A stretch of DNA of 64,000 nucleotides from an uncultured delta proteobacterium (GCA_963789265.1 CAWBKB010000001.1:2400001-2464000); one strand, 5' to 3'. Positions 20,118 to 30,626 are shown, counted from the first letter of the stretch. The notes: a model not told the origin generated them from the sequence alone. Numbers and translations: made by a program.

Positions 20118-21123
20118 CCGCAAACAGGATCTGGAAAAACGGCTCATGTCTGTAGCTTGGGGGGCCGACCTCCCCACCGGAGTAAAAAAGCTTGCCGGGG
20201 ACGCTTCAACACGGGTCTACTTCCGGGCTTTCTACCCCCGAAGAGGCAGCGCAATCATCATGGTCCAGCCTCATCCGGGGACAGATGGGCAGGCCGCGTT
20301 TCTTGAAATTCAGAGATTTCTGGAATCCCTGGACCTTCCTGTTCCACGAATTTACGCGCATGACAAGGAACGGGGGATCGTGGTCTTGGAAGACCTGGGC
20401 GACGATCTGCTCGAATCCGTTGTGGAGCGAGCGTCCGGTGACAGGCTCAGGCAAATTTACGGAGAAGCGGTCAATCTTCTCCTCAGAATGCGCCGCGCCA
20501 CTTCCAAACCTTCCTCGACTTGCAGGGCCTTTGACCTGGCTTTTGACGAGAAGAAACTGATGGAGGAGATGCACTTCTTCATCACACATTTCGTCAAGGG
20601 GCTATGCAAAACAGAGCCTACTGCCGCAGCAGCTTCCACGCTCGAGGATTTCTTCATGACGATTTGCAGGCTCCTGGCTGCGCAACCTCGCGTCTTCACC
20701 CACCGGGACTTCCATTCGAGAAACCTCATGCTCCACGATAATCATCTCGTAATGATAGACTTTCAAGATGCCAGGATGGGGCCCGCGGAATACGATCTCG
20801 CTTCTCTGCTTCGCGATTCCTACGTGACCCTGCCGGAGGAGTTGGTCGAGGAACTCCTGACCCTCTATACGGATGAGATCCACGGAACCGCCGACAATTC
20901 GCCCGCCAAGTTCCGCTACATATTTGATGTCATGTCGCTGCAGCGAAACATTAAGGCCCTGGGGACCTTCGGCTACCAGATATCCGTACGTGGGTGCGGC
21001 AGATACGCATCGTCGATTCCTCGTACCGCGGCGTACGTGTCGCGCAATATCGGGCTCTACCCGGAATTTGCAAGATTCAGATCCGTGGTGGAGGAGCTGA
21101 TTAGCGTCCCCTCTAGTAAATGA
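20098..21123 (+). CDS. Aminoglycoside-phosphotransferase-family kinase (AmgK-like)
   Basis: LAGDASTRVYFR, LEDLGD, HRDFHSRN, IDFQDA, YDLASLLRD, QRNIKALG. Confidence 0.85.
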   Translation: MRPRLSDRKQDLEKRLMSVAWGADLPTGVKKLAGDASTRVYFRAFYPRRGSAIIMVQPHPGTDGQAAFLEIQRFLESLDLPVPRIYAHDKERGIVVLEDLGDDLLESVVERASGDRLRQIYGEAVNLLLRMRRATSKPSSTCRAFDLAFDEKKLMEEMHFFITHFVKGLCKTEPTAAAASTLEDFFMTICRLLAAQPRVFTHRDFHSRNLMLHDNHLVMIDFQDARMGPAEYDLASLLRDSYVTLPEELVEELLTLYTDEIHGTADNSPAKFRYIFDVMSLQRNIKALGTFGYQISVRGCGRYASSIPRTAAYVSRNIGLYPEFARFRSVVEELISVPSSK

Positions 21124-21255
21124 TTCTTTATTTAAGAGTAATATCATAATCCTTTGATCTCTCACATTCACTAATTGTTGTAATATGTTGTTATATATGG
21201 TATAGATTTAAACCAAAGGATGGATTGCCATCCAACCTCTCCAGGAGTTGGAGAA

Positions 21256-21885
21256 ATGAAAACCATTCTGTGGATCGCAACAATTCTGGCAGCCACTGCA
21301 ATTTCTTCCATGGCGGCTCAGTTTTGTGACTCGACGTGCATGGATTCGAAGATAAGCCAAATGAAAGAGGATCTCCAAATCCAGTTAGAACGCATCAGAA
21401 GGGCGCGGGACACCGCTGATTCCAAGATGACACTGGCTAAACTTCGCATTGCCGAGCAGCTCAGGCGTTCCGAGGATGATTTGACCGGACAAATTGAGAG
21501 ATTGGAAAGATATCGCGAGCAGTTGACCGACCAAAGGAGCGGGAACGGTCAGGTTGCATCTGAAATGCAGCAGGATTGGACGCGATACGTTGCCGATGCG
21601 GCTTCAAACCTCCATCATCAGCTTCAGCAAACCAACGATCTCATCGCCCGAATGGAATCCCTTCGGGACAAATTTGACGTAGACCCCAATGGCTTGACCC
21701 CGCCTAATACTGGTCACACGATGCCTTCCGCACCCTCCATCCTTCAGACCCCGGTCCCTGCCGGCTCCTCCACGACCGGTTCGCAATCCCGGCCTCCGAC
21801 GATTACGCTAACTGCCACAGTCAATCTGCGATCCGGTACCTCGACTGCCACGACACCAACTCCCGCGAATGCCGCTTCTCCTTGA
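21256..21885 (+). CDS. Secreted coiled-coil hypothetical protein
   Basis: Signal peptide, heptad-rich middle, Pro/Thr-rich tail. Confidence 0.7.
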   Translation: MKTILWIATILAATAISSMAAQFCDSTCMDSKISQMKEDLQIQLERIRRARDTADSKMTLAKLRIAEQLRRSEDDLTGQIERLERYREQLTDQRSGNGQVASEMQQDWTRYVADAASNLHHQLQQTNDLIARMESLRDKFDVDPNGLTPPNTGHTMPSAPSILQTPVPAGSSTTGSQSRPPTITLTATVNLRSGTSTATTPTPANAASP

Positions 21886-22039
21886 CCGCATGACAACTTG
21901 CCCGGCGGGCAACTAAATTGAGTCGTTTTGAAGAGGCCCGGGCACTGCCGAAGTTAAACATCACATAAAGCGACGGTCTTCTCACAAAAGTAATTGCAGG
22001 TTTACGCCGCGTGCATTAAGCTGTTAATGAGGAGAGAGC

Positions 22040-22486
22040 GTGGAAGTAACCTGTGCGAACTGTGACATACTGCTTAACCTGCCGGACGACAAAGTTCCCG
22101 TGGGGAAGTCGTACATCGTCTGTCCAAGGTGCAATTCGCGCATCAATATATTCATGAGCGTGACTCCGGGTGCGGTTGTAACCAACCTTTCGGGTTTGAG
22201 ATTCCTTGGAGACAATGATGATTTGAACGACCGGTTCTGCGACCCGGGCGAACTATGGCGGGTCGTAGAAGTGGTCGAACCCTGCCCGGATCGGGGGAAA
22301 GGGAGGGCTTGCGAGGTTGAAAACCGCGGGCGCTGCCCGAACCAACGGCTGGTGATCAGACTCCGAGGGGACAAGACGCGGTACAAAACATGTTTGTACC
22401 GGCAAGGCAGGCGAATTTTCGATAAGAACCGTCGGCCGCCTGTGGGAAATCGGGGTGTTTCAAGCGGGTGCAACCTCCCGGACTAG
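22040..22486 (+). CDS. Zinc-ribbon (MJ0042-like) domain protein
   Basis: CANC...LPDDKVP...CPRC; additional Cys cluster; RBS GAGGAG. Confidence 0.7.
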   Translation: MEVTCANCDILLNLPDDKVPVGKSYIVCPRCNSRINIFMSVTPGAVVTNLSGLRFLGDNDDLNDRFCDPGELWRVVEVVEPCPDRGKGRACEVENRGRCPNQRLVIRLRGDKTRYKTCLYRQGRRIFDKNRRPPVGNRGVSSGCNLPD

Positions 22487-22629
22487 GGCCGGTGCAAGCG
22501 GGGAACTGTAGGGGCGAATAGCGTTCGCCCCAGTCGCTTTCGTGTCCACAGCGGGACTGCCACACCGGAAACACGGAATCGTTTGCTTTAAGTCGAATTG
22601 TTATAAGATGACCAGGATTTCCTTCGCGT

Positions 22630-23409
22630 CTACTCGTCCTTCCATTCAGGCTTCCGCTTCTCCAGGAACGCGCTTATCCCCTCATTCGCATCGTAACCTT
22701 CCATGAGGTCTTTCAGATAGAGGGATTCCATGTGAGGAAAGTCTTCTCTGATTCTTCGGAAAAAGTCGTTACGCACTGCCCGGTTCGCCACCCGAAGACA
22801 TGAGGCGCTTTTGGGGAGTATGTGTTGCTCAATCCACTGTGAGGCCACCTCCCAGGCATCTTGCCCCTCGTCAGTCAAAATGTTGACCATGCCAATTCGA
22901 TGGGCCTCTAAAGCGTCGATGGATCGTCCGGTGAGCACCAGATCGTCAGCATGAGATTGCCCCACTTTTCTCGGCAACATCACTGAGGCAGGCGGTGGAA
23001 ACACGCCCAGGACAATTTCCGGCTGGCCGAACATTGCCGTCCTGTCGGCCACGATGAAGTTGCAAAACAAGGCCAATTCCATTCCGCCTCCCAGGCACTG
23101 CCCGCGTACTACCGCCATTGTGGGAACAGCCAGCGCTATCAATCGGTAAAACACGCCGTGGAAGGCTTTCAGCATCATAGCTGCTTTGTCTTTGGTATGC
23201 TCCTGAACGCTCGCTCCAAACGAGAAGTGCTTGCCTGCCCCCTCAAAGACTAGGAGCTTCATGTGATTTGCCGTGCACTTTTCGTCGAGCGCAGCGGAGA
23301 TTTCGGCCAGCATAGCTGCTTCCAGTATATTGGCTTTGGGAGAGTTCAGAACAATCTTGAAGACAGCGCCATCGAAGTGATCTTCGCATTGTATCAGCCG
23401 GTATTGCAT
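22630..23409 (-). CDS. dch: Cyclohexa-1,5-diene-1-carbonyl-CoA hydratase (crotonase family)
   Basis: PKANIL, HFSFGASVQEH, VRGQCLGGGMEL, GQPEIVLGVFPP, LYLKDLM..DANEG; adjacent to oah. Confidence 0.85.
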   Translation of the reverse strand: MQYRLIQCEDHFDGAVFKIVLNSPKANILEAAMLAEISAALDEKCTANHMKLLVFEGAGKHFSFGASVQEHTKDKAAMMLKAFHGVFYRLIALAVPTMAVVRGQCLGGGMELALFCNFIVADRTAMFGQPEIVLGVFPPPASVMLPRKVGQSHADDLVLTGRSIDALEAHRIGMVNILTDEGQDAWEVASQWIEQHILPKSASCLRVANRAVRNDFFRRIREDFPHMESLYLKDLMEGYDANEGISAFLEKRKPEWKDE

Positions 23410-23447
23410 CGAATTTTCCTCCCTATGAACCACGTATGCGCCCTCTC

Positions 23448-23592
23448 ATGCCAGTGCGCGATCAAACGGTGAACAATCAAGGAAATACAGCACGGATCCG
23501 ACAAAGCCTCCCGCGGGGGGCACCATCGTGGCGCCAGGTCAGTGCCGTTTGCTATCGGCCCATTCTCACTTTTTTGGAAAGCAAATCGGTAG
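23448..23592. repeat. MITE-like repeat, internally deleted relative of 52689-52884
   Basis: Shared blocks ggtgaacaatcaagga..cagcacggatc, ggcgccaggtcagtgccgtttgctat, cattctcact. Confidence 0.7.
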
Positions 23593-23831
23593 CATCCTTC
23601 TCCTCTGCCAGAAGAATGAGTGTCAAAAATAAGTGCGAATATTCTCAGCCGGAGGCTCCCTTACGTTACTCTCTTCTGCCCTCAATAAACGGCAGCAGGG
23701 GCGGGTTTGAAACCCGCTCCCTACAGATCCCTTTTCTTTCGCCGAAAGGGGGAAGGTACAGGATGAACAAACGTATATCGCAGTCCGTTTTGATTGCGGC
23801 CGGTCCGAGCACAGCTTGCTTCGGACACCGG

Positions 23832-24962
23832 TTATGTCTGCGGCTTACCCATGACTTCCGCGAATGTTTCCGGTGTGGCAGGGGCACCCTCAGCGATAAG
23901 CTGGCGCCACCGGATAAAGTCTATGACATCTTTGCCCGTAATCTTCTTGGTATTGAAGGAGTTGAAGCCCAAATACGCCTCGTAATTCATGTTGGCCATG
24001 AGCCAGTGTCGATTGGCCAGCTTGGTCTGATCCCAGAAGAATTTCTTCTTGGCTCGAATGCCGTCAATGGCCTTGATCAAACAGCCCGGGAACAGGTTGG
24101 CAAAGGTCCACACGACCTTGTTTACTTCAGCGTCTAAAAGACTTAAGTCCTTGGGAAGTGCCTTCATCATGTCTTTGGCTTCTTTTGCCGCGGCACCGGT
24201 CTTGAATTCGCCGTAAACGATTTCCCCATCCGCCACGTACGTGTCGGTAATCACCAAAGGATTCCGGATGAACTTGTCGCCTTGTTTGAGCACGCGTACC
24301 GCTTTGGAAATTAGGTTCTTCGCCCTCATCTTGTAGGCGCTCCACATCTCGCAACTCACGCAGTTCCACATGGCATCTTCCATGGAAAGGAACCAGGGGA
24401 GGAAGTCCGTCGAGCCGCCATCGGGGCTGGAACCGTGCCGAGCGCCTGCCTGGCCGAAAATAGCCAGGTCACTGGAAATGGCCAGATCGCACGCCATTCC
24501 GATTTCCTGGCCGCCGGCAACTCTCATGCCGTTCACACGGCAGATCACGGGCTTCTTGCAATTCAGGATCGAGTCCACCATTCCATTGAAAAGGTCCATG
24601 TATTCCCCGTACTCGTGGGGCCGCATGGAATAGTATTCCGCATATTCTCTGGTGTTACCTCCAGTGCAGAAGGCCGTGTCTCCGGTACCAGTGAAGATGA
24701 CAGCCACCACGGAGCGATCCTGACTGGCAGCGGAAAATCCCGCAATCACTCCCTTGACCATCTCGGTAGTGTACGAATTGTACTGCTGGGGATTGTTTAG
24801 GCGTATCCAGGCGACGAAAAGTCCTTCGATTTGCTTGCCGTCAGGTGATGTCAACGGCTTCTTTTCATAAACCGTGCAAGGAGCCTCGGTTCCCCAATGT
24901 TCCGATCCCATGAGGATATGATCCTTGCTGCTGTTGTCTCTGGGCAACCATTCCAACGTCAT
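23832..24962 (-). CDS. oah: 6-oxocyclohex-1-ene-1-carbonyl-CoA hydrolase (BamA/Oah)
   Basis: LNNPQQYNSYTTEMVKGVI, FCTGGNTREYAEYY, RVNGMRVAGGQEIGMACD, HGSSPDGGSTDFLP. Confidence 0.92.
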   Translation of the reverse strand: MTLEWLPRDNSSKDHILMGSEHWGTEAPCTVYEKKPLTSPDGKQIEGLFVAWIRLNNPQQYNSYTTEMVKGVIAGFSAASQDRSVVAVIFTGTGDTAFCTGGNTREYAEYYSMRPHEYGEYMDLFNGMVDSILNCKKPVICRVNGMRVAGGQEIGMACDLAISSDLAIFGQAGARHGSSPDGGSTDFLPWFLSMEDAMWNCVSCEMWSAYKMRAKNLISKAVRVLKQGDKFIRNPLVITDTYVADGEIVYGEFKTGAAAKEAKDMMKALPKDLSLLDAEVNKVVWTFANLFPGCLIKAIDGIRAKKKFFWDQTKLANRHWLMANMNYEAYLGFNSFNTKKITGKDVIDFIRWRQLIAEGAPATPETFAEVMGKPQT

Positions 24963-25325
24963 ACTTGACCTCCTATTTAGGAATTAAGCGATCTCACAAC
25001 CTCCACGGGGCCTGCACTTTCGCGGCAGGCAATGGGGCGCGATAACCGGTAGAAATGATAGACTCGGGATTCCGGCTTGAAAACCTCGCCAAATCCCCCT
25101 TTATAAAAGGGAGACTTTGATGGCCGTTGGCCACACTTCAAAGGCAACAAACTCGTCTTAAGTCCGCGTCTGGGGGACTCCGATCCGGGGCTCAGTCTGT
25201 CCGGCGCCTAGCGGGACGCGTACGCGGGCATGACGACATGTAAGAACGGGTTTAAAACCCGCCCCTACCAGGCCACGGTGTCACTTGCTCGAAAGCGTAT
25301 CGCCTTAACGACGCCCCCTATCAGG

Positions 25326-25814
25326 CTACCTTACCGGCTCGAAAGCATAAAACACTCGTGGGATCTCGACGGTTTCCCGGCCGAATTCCTGAGGCACGGA
25401 TTCCACATCAAATACCGACAACTTGACCTGATGGCCGACCTTCAACTCGCCTTCCTTGCAGTTTATGATACGTACGAAGAAAGTTCGCTTCCCTTGCAAA
25501 TCCACCAGGGCATGGATCAGCGGAGGCTTGCCGAAACCCAGAGGAACGCCGACAACTTCTTCGGTGAATTCAAGCACCGTGCCCGTCGTCGGCCAGTCAA
25601 CCCATTCCATGTTGGTGCTGTAGCATTCCGGGCAGAGCAGCCTCGGCGGAAATGGTTCGGCGTTACAATCCTTACATCTCGTGGTGGTGAATCGCCCTTC
25701 CTTCAAGTGCTCGTAAAAGAGGAAGACCTGGTTGAACTCTTTGGACTCCTGCGGAAACAGGTCCATGGTGGCCATGTATTTTCCATTGAGTACGGAGATT
25801 CCCGGCGTGCTCAT
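25326..25814 (-). CDS. DUF35 Zn-ribbon/OB-fold protein
   Basis: CKDC...FPPRLLCPEC; 4-bp overlap with the thiolase. Confidence 0.85.
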   Translation of the reverse strand: MSTPGISVLNGKYMATMDLFPQESKEFNQVFLFYEHLKEGRFTTTRCKDCNAEPFPPRLLCPECYSTNMEWVDWPTTGTVLEFTEEVVGVPLGFGKPPLIHALVDLQGKRTFFVRIINCKEGELKVGHQVKLSVFDVESVPQEFGRETVEIPRVFYAFEPVR

Positions 25815-26986
25815 GCGACCTCCTTGCCGTAGATAAGGACGGTATGCGCGGCTATGAATCCGCTGAGGTTGTGCGTTAGGCCTACTGCCGCTCCGGGGAC
25901 CTGCTGAACTGCATCACCCCGCAGTTGCCGCATGACCTCAATCGCCTGTCGAATACCCGTACCGCCGAAAGGATGGCCGCAGCCAAGGAGACCTCCGTCC
26001 GTGTTGGTCGGGATCCGGCCGCCGAGATCGTTCTGGCCGTCTCCCACAAACGGGCCGCCCTCGCCCTTCTCGCAGAACCCAAGGTCTTCCATTTCTATGA
26101 TTTCCGAAATGGTGAAGCAGTCATGAGTCATGGCTACATCCACGTCTTGGGGCTTCACTTTGGCTTTATTATACGCCTGCTCCGCTGCTATCTTCAGGGC
26201 TTCCCATGTGGTCCAATTGGGCATGTTCGCGGACATGTTGTTCACCGACGCCTGCGCGGTCCCGCGGACATATACCAATGGCTTGTCGGTCATCTGCTTG
26301 GCCCTCTCCTCGGTGGCCAAAACAACGGCCGCTGCTCCGTCGGTGATCGGGCAGCAGTCATAAAGGGTCAGTGGCGGCACGATCATTCGACCGCTCATGA
26401 CCTCTTCCATGGTGACCGGAGTCTGAAATTGGGCTTTGGGATTCTTTGCGGAATTCCGACGGTTCTTGACGGAAACCGTTGCCAGATGCTCCTTTACGGT
26501 CCCATACTGCTTCATGTGTTGCTTCGCGACCATTGCGAACACAGGGGGCGGAAGGCCCAGCCCCTGAGTTCCGTCCCAGTCGTGGTCCACCGACGCAAGC
26601 TCGCTGTAAAACACCTCCCACTTTTGAGGGGTGTAGAGCTTTTCTCCCCCTGCCACCATGACCACGTCGGCCTGTCCTGCCTTGATGAGACCAAAAGCCA
26701 ATATGATGGCTGAACTGCCGCTTGCGCACAGGAGTTCCACCCGAGCACAAATGTTCTTCGGCTTGATACCGGCGTATTCAGCGACAAGCGGTGCAAGGTG
26801 AGTCTGGTACGAGGTCCGCTCCGTATACGCGGATGCGACCAGCAAGCCGTCTATATCTTTGGGGTTTAGGTGGGGGTTGTCGTCGTAGGCCGCTTTTGCC
26901 GCCTCCTGGAAGAAGTCCCTTTGACTGCCGTTTCTCACCCCCCATTTGGACATTCCGCCCGCAATTACGCACACATTGCGATCCAT
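25811..26986 (-). CDS. Thiolase (SCP-x/non-decarboxylating type)
   Basis: CASGS, DCCPITDGAAAVV, HDCFT, NTDGGL...GHPFGGTG. Confidence 0.9.
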   Translation of the reverse strand: MDRNVCVIAGGMSKWGVRNGSQRDFFQEAAKAAYDDNPHLNPKDIDGLLVASAYTERTSYQTHLAPLVAEYAGIKPKNICARVELLCASGSSAIILAFGLIKAGQADVVMVAGGEKLYTPQKWEVFYSELASVDHDWDGTQGLGLPPPVFAMVAKQHMKQYGTVKEHLATVSVKNRRNSAKNPKAQFQTPVTMEEVMSGRMIVPPLTLYDCCPITDGAAAVVLATEERAKQMTDKPLVYVRGTAQASVNNMSANMPNWTTWEALKIAAEQAYNKAKVKPQDVDVAMTHDCFTISEIIEMEDLGFCEKGEGGPFVGDGQNDLGGRIPTNTDGGLLGCGHPFGGTGIRQAIEVMRQLRGDAVQQVPGAAVGLTHNLSGFIAAHTVLIYGKEVA

Positions 26987-27387
26987 AAGTGAGTACCTCC
27001 GGCGAGTGTTAGCACGCTAAAGGCGTGGTTGGAAGGGTATTGGGTAGCTCGCTCACACAGAGCAAGCGCCCCGGATTTTGCCGCTTTTGATGCCGGTCCG
27101 TATTAAAGCCGTTACCGCGGGGTGTCTCGACCTCAGCCATGCGTCCCGCACGAAGCGACGCTATTTCTTTGGCTCAAGCTCAACAGAGCCCATACTCGTT
27201 TTCACTTTACAGTATTTTGCCTTTGCAACGCAATCAATTTTTCCGCTGTAAGCTTCGGTGGAGCCAACGCATCCGGGGTGGAGGAACAACTGTGCAGGTG
27301 CTGGAAAATGTACATCGACCGTGCCACGCCTTGGTGCGATTTTTGGAATCCATCGACTCTATGGAGTTTCAGGACAATGAACTTTGA

Positions 27388-28806
27388 TCAACTGCTGAAG
27401 AAGACCTGAAAGGCCTTGTGACACATCCAGACGTCGTCTTTGGAGCTGACTTCCAGGGGAGAATGCATACCCAGTACCGCGGGGCCGCAATCGATGATAT
27501 CCACTCCGGCGTTGGCCAGGTACTTGGCTACTGTGCCGCCGCCCCCTTCATCGATCTTTCCTAAGCCCGCAGCCTGCCAGATGATATTGTTATCGTTAAA
27601 CAGCTTGCGAACCCAGGCCGCGTACTCCACGTTCGCGTCCGATGCCATGTACTTACCACCGCTACCGGTGTACTTGGTGATATTTATCCCGTGGCCGAGT
27701 TTCGCGCTGTTCCGTTTCTGGTACACGTCCGGATAGGTCGGGTCAATTGCCGCATTAACATCCGCAGAGAGAGCTTTGCTGCTGAAAAGGACCTTGTGAA
27801 GCATTCTGGAGGTGGGTTCGAGTCCTGTCATGTGCATGAGATCCATCACGAACATTTCCAGAACACGCGACTTAGCGCTCGTATTGCCCTCACTGCCGAT
27901 CTCTTCCTTGTCGTAGAAGACGGCTACCGCAGTATGCTCGGGCTTTTCGGTCTCCATAAGGGCCGTGAAACATGTGTAAGCGCAGACTCTATCGTCTTGA
28001 CCGTACCCGGCAATGAGGCTTCTATCTAATCCGGAGTCTCGAGCCGGCTCAGCGGGCACAATTTGAAGTTCAGCGCTTGTGAAATCCTCCTCGGTAATAT
28101 TATATTTTTTTGCCAGCAGAGCCAGTACTGCCAGCTTGACCCGCTCTTCGGCTTCCTTGTCCTCATAAGGCAGAGCCCCCACAATGAGATTAAGGTTCTC
28201 ACCGGGCATGAATTCCGAAGCCTTTTGCTCCATCTGCTTTTTAGAAAGGTGAGGCAGCAGGTCCGGTATGGTGAATACAGGGTCCTCCGGGGCGAGACCG
28301 ATCTCCACATGTACTGTAGATCCGTCCTCTCGTATGATCGTGCCGCAGACGGCAAGAGAGCGCGCGACCCATTGATACTTCTTGATTCCGCCGTAGTAGT
28401 GGGTCTTTAGGAGCGCAAGCTCCGTATCCTCGTACAGGGGATTGGGCTTCAAGTCCAGCCTGGGGCAGTCCACGTGAGAGGTGATGATCCTAAGCCCGTC
28501 GGTCATCGGCCTTTGCCCTATGACGGCCATGGCCAGGATCTTGCCTCTCAGCGCATGAAATACCCGGGGGATCTTCTTACCGCGGACATCCAGATCCGTG
28601 AAACCATTCTTCGAGGCTACTTCCACGAAAGATTCCACAACCAATCTCTCGGTGCGGGCGCGGTTGAGGAAATCGCGATACCCTTGTGCATAGGAAAATA
28701 CCTGCTTTTTCTCCCGCTCTCCCAGCCGGTCCCACGCGCGGGTCGCTTCCTGGAAGAGCTTCTGGTGCAGGTCGCGGGTCTTCTTCGATGCTTTAGACGT
28801 AGGCAT
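27388..28806 (-). CDS. M18 family aminopeptidase
   Basis: SHVDCPRLDLKP, GQDDRVC, DKEEIGS, SADV, MHSP.E. Confidence 0.92.
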   Translation of the reverse strand: MPTSKASKKTRDLHQKLFQEATRAWDRLGEREKKQVFSYAQGYRDFLNRARTERLVVESFVEVASKNGFTDLDVRGKKIPRVFHALRGKILAMAVIGQRPMTDGLRIITSHVDCPRLDLKPNPLYEDTELALLKTHYYGGIKKYQWVARSLAVCGTIIREDGSTVHVEIGLAPEDPVFTIPDLLPHLSKKQMEQKASEFMPGENLNLIVGALPYEDKEAEERVKLAVLALLAKKYNITEEDFTSAELQIVPAEPARDSGLDRSLIAGYGQDDRVCAYTCFTALMETEKPEHTAVAVFYDKEEIGSEGNTSAKSRVLEMFVMDLMHMTGLEPTSRMLHKVLFSSKALSADVNAAIDPTYPDVYQKRNSAKLGHGINITKYTGSGGKYMASDANVEYAAWVRKLFNDNNIIWQAAGLGKIDEGGGGTVAKYLANAGVDIIDCGPAVLGMHSPLEVSSKDDVWMCHKAFQVFFSS

Positions 28807-28872
28807 GTTGTCCTCAAATGTATTTCAATGGAAACGTACTCGGCACCCTGCGCACAATAACATTCTTTGGGG

Positions 28873-30051
28873 TCATCGTGTTAGGCCCAAGTTCCGGCTC
28901 AACGCTTCGTCCGAACTCCTATGAGTCTGACATACTAAGTTTTCTTGCCTGGCCTGGGATAGGGCTTGTAGATCGGGGGCATCGTACCCGCGAATTGAGG
29001 AAAGCCCGCGGGACGGGGCATTTTGCAATGGCATTATTCTAATGCCGGAACTTCCACGGGGGATCCAGAGGGTTGAATTGTTCCGGCGAGGATCGAGGAT
29101 CGTCCGAAGCTGCTCCAAGAGGCCCAGGGCAGAAGCTGTCGCTGCTTTCACGGGCGGGTAATTCTTGCGTTCGAGAAACGCTCTCGCAATGTTTATGGGG
29201 GTCGCGAATCCTATGCCTTGGCTCTTCCATAACAGAATTGTGTTTATCCCAATCACCTTGCCGTCCAGGTTGAAGAGAGGGCCACCCGAGTTCCCCAGGT
29301 TCATGGCGGCATCAATTTGGATGAGAGGAGGATAGCCGGCTCCCGGGATTGTCCTCTTCTGAGCGCTGACGATGCCTATCATGAGGGACTGGCCGATTCC
29401 GTACGGGTTGCCGATTCCGACTACCCATTCTCCGAGTTCAACAGCATCCGAGTCGCCTAAAAGGACCGGTTGCAAGTTAGTCGCTTCTATCTTCAGGAGG
29501 GCAAGGTCGTTCTTGCTGTCCTTATGCAGAGCCTTCGCCAGGTATCTCTTGCCGTTGAGAAGCTCCACTTCAATTCGGGACCCGCTGCGCAAAACGTGCT
29601 CATTGGTGATAATCAGTCCATTGGGCGAGACAATGAATCCTGAACCATAGCCCATTGCTTTGCCGCTCGATTCTCCGGAAAAACCGAGGTGGCCCAGAGA
29701 AAATGACGACGCCGGATCAACCATACGGATGGCCACAACAGATCTGTTGACTTTCTTGACAATAGCCCTGATATCGGGAAAATTTCCTTGACGAACCAGC
29801 GGCTCCGAAGGTCTTGCCTCATGCCGTTTAGGCCTGAAAGGAATTGGAGAGAGCCCGATTCTGGTCTTTTTCGTAGGATGCCGAAGGTCTTCAGAAAAAA
29901 TTGATTTATAATTCCGGAGGCTACTCGAAGTCGAAGGTGTGGCGGCCTTACGAAGCATGACATCACTGCCGTAAGACACACCGGAAAGAAGGAGCAAACT
30001 CGCGACAAAATGTGATATAATAATCACTATTCCGAATCGGAAAGACGTCAT
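28873..30051 (-). CDS. HtrA/trypsin-like serine protease without PDZ
   Basis: GSGFI, TNEHV, DLALL, GNSGGPL; C-terminus uncertain (possible frameshift near 29125, which would end it at 29039). Confidence 0.85.
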   Translation of the reverse strand: MTSFRFGIVIIISHFVASLLLLSGVSYGSDVMLRKAATPSTSSSLRNYKSIFSEDLRHPTKKTRIGLSPIPFRPKRHEARPSEPLVRQGNFPDIRAIVKKVNRSVVAIRMVDPASSFSLGHLGFSGESSGKAMGYGSGFIVSPNGLIITNEHVLRSGSRIEVELLNGKRYLAKALHKDSKNDLALLKIEATNLQPVLLGDSDAVELGEWVVGIGNPYGIGQSLMIGIVSAQKRTIPGAGYPPLIQIDAAMNLGNSGGPLFNLDGKVIGINTILLWKSQGIGFATPINIARAFLERKNYPPVKAATASALGLLEQLRTILDPRRNNSTLWIPRGSSGIRIMPLQNAPSRGLSSIRGYDAPDLQALSQARQENLVCQTHRSSDEALSRNLGLTR

Positions 30052-30248
30052 CCACAGACTCCTCTACGCGGTTCCCAAAAAAAACCGCAGGGCTGATGCG
30101 GTTTTCCGGGTGATGGATTTGCATATATTCCTATACTGGACAAGTTGTCAATCGTTTTTTGGATTTTATTCGAAACAATCGCCATGTTCTGTGTATTCTT
30201 TAATGTTTTTGATTAATAAACGTTTGCTGCAAAAGCAGGGATGCGTCT

Positions 30249-30626
30249 ATGTTCGAGGTTGAAATCATAGCCAACTTTTCCGCCGCTCATCGTTTGAGAA
30301 ATTACCACGGGAAGTGCGAACATCTTCATGGACACAATTACAGGGTCCACGTTACCGCGCGGGCCTCGTCCATCGGCGAAGACGGAATGGTCATCGACTT
30401 CGGGGATTTGAAGAAAGCGACGAACCGGGCGCTCGAGCCGTTCGATCACTCCTATCTCAACGAGATCGAGCCATTTGACCGAGTCGAACCTTCCGCGGAG
30501 AACATTGCCGCGTTTCTTTTCGATGAAATCGGTCGCCAACTGAATGATAGGGCTGAGATGCTTCACAGCGTCTCGGTTTGGGAATCGGATGCTTCCAGAG
30601 CCACTTTTGTCAAGGGGATCAATTGA
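30249..30626 (+). CDS. queD: 6-carboxytetrahydropterin synthase
   Basis: FSAAHRL...CEHLHGHNY, DFG, DHSYLN, PSAENIA, VWES. Confidence 0.93.
   Translation: MFEVEIIANFSAAHRLRNYHGKCEHLHGHNYRVHVTARASSIGEDGMVIDFGDLKKATNRALEPFDHSYLNEIEPFDRVEPSAENIAAFLFDEIGRQLNDRAEMLHSVSVWESDASRATFVKGIN

Noticed and set aside
27122..27409. ORFs upstream of the thiolase
   Set aside because: No homology cues; likely promoter region
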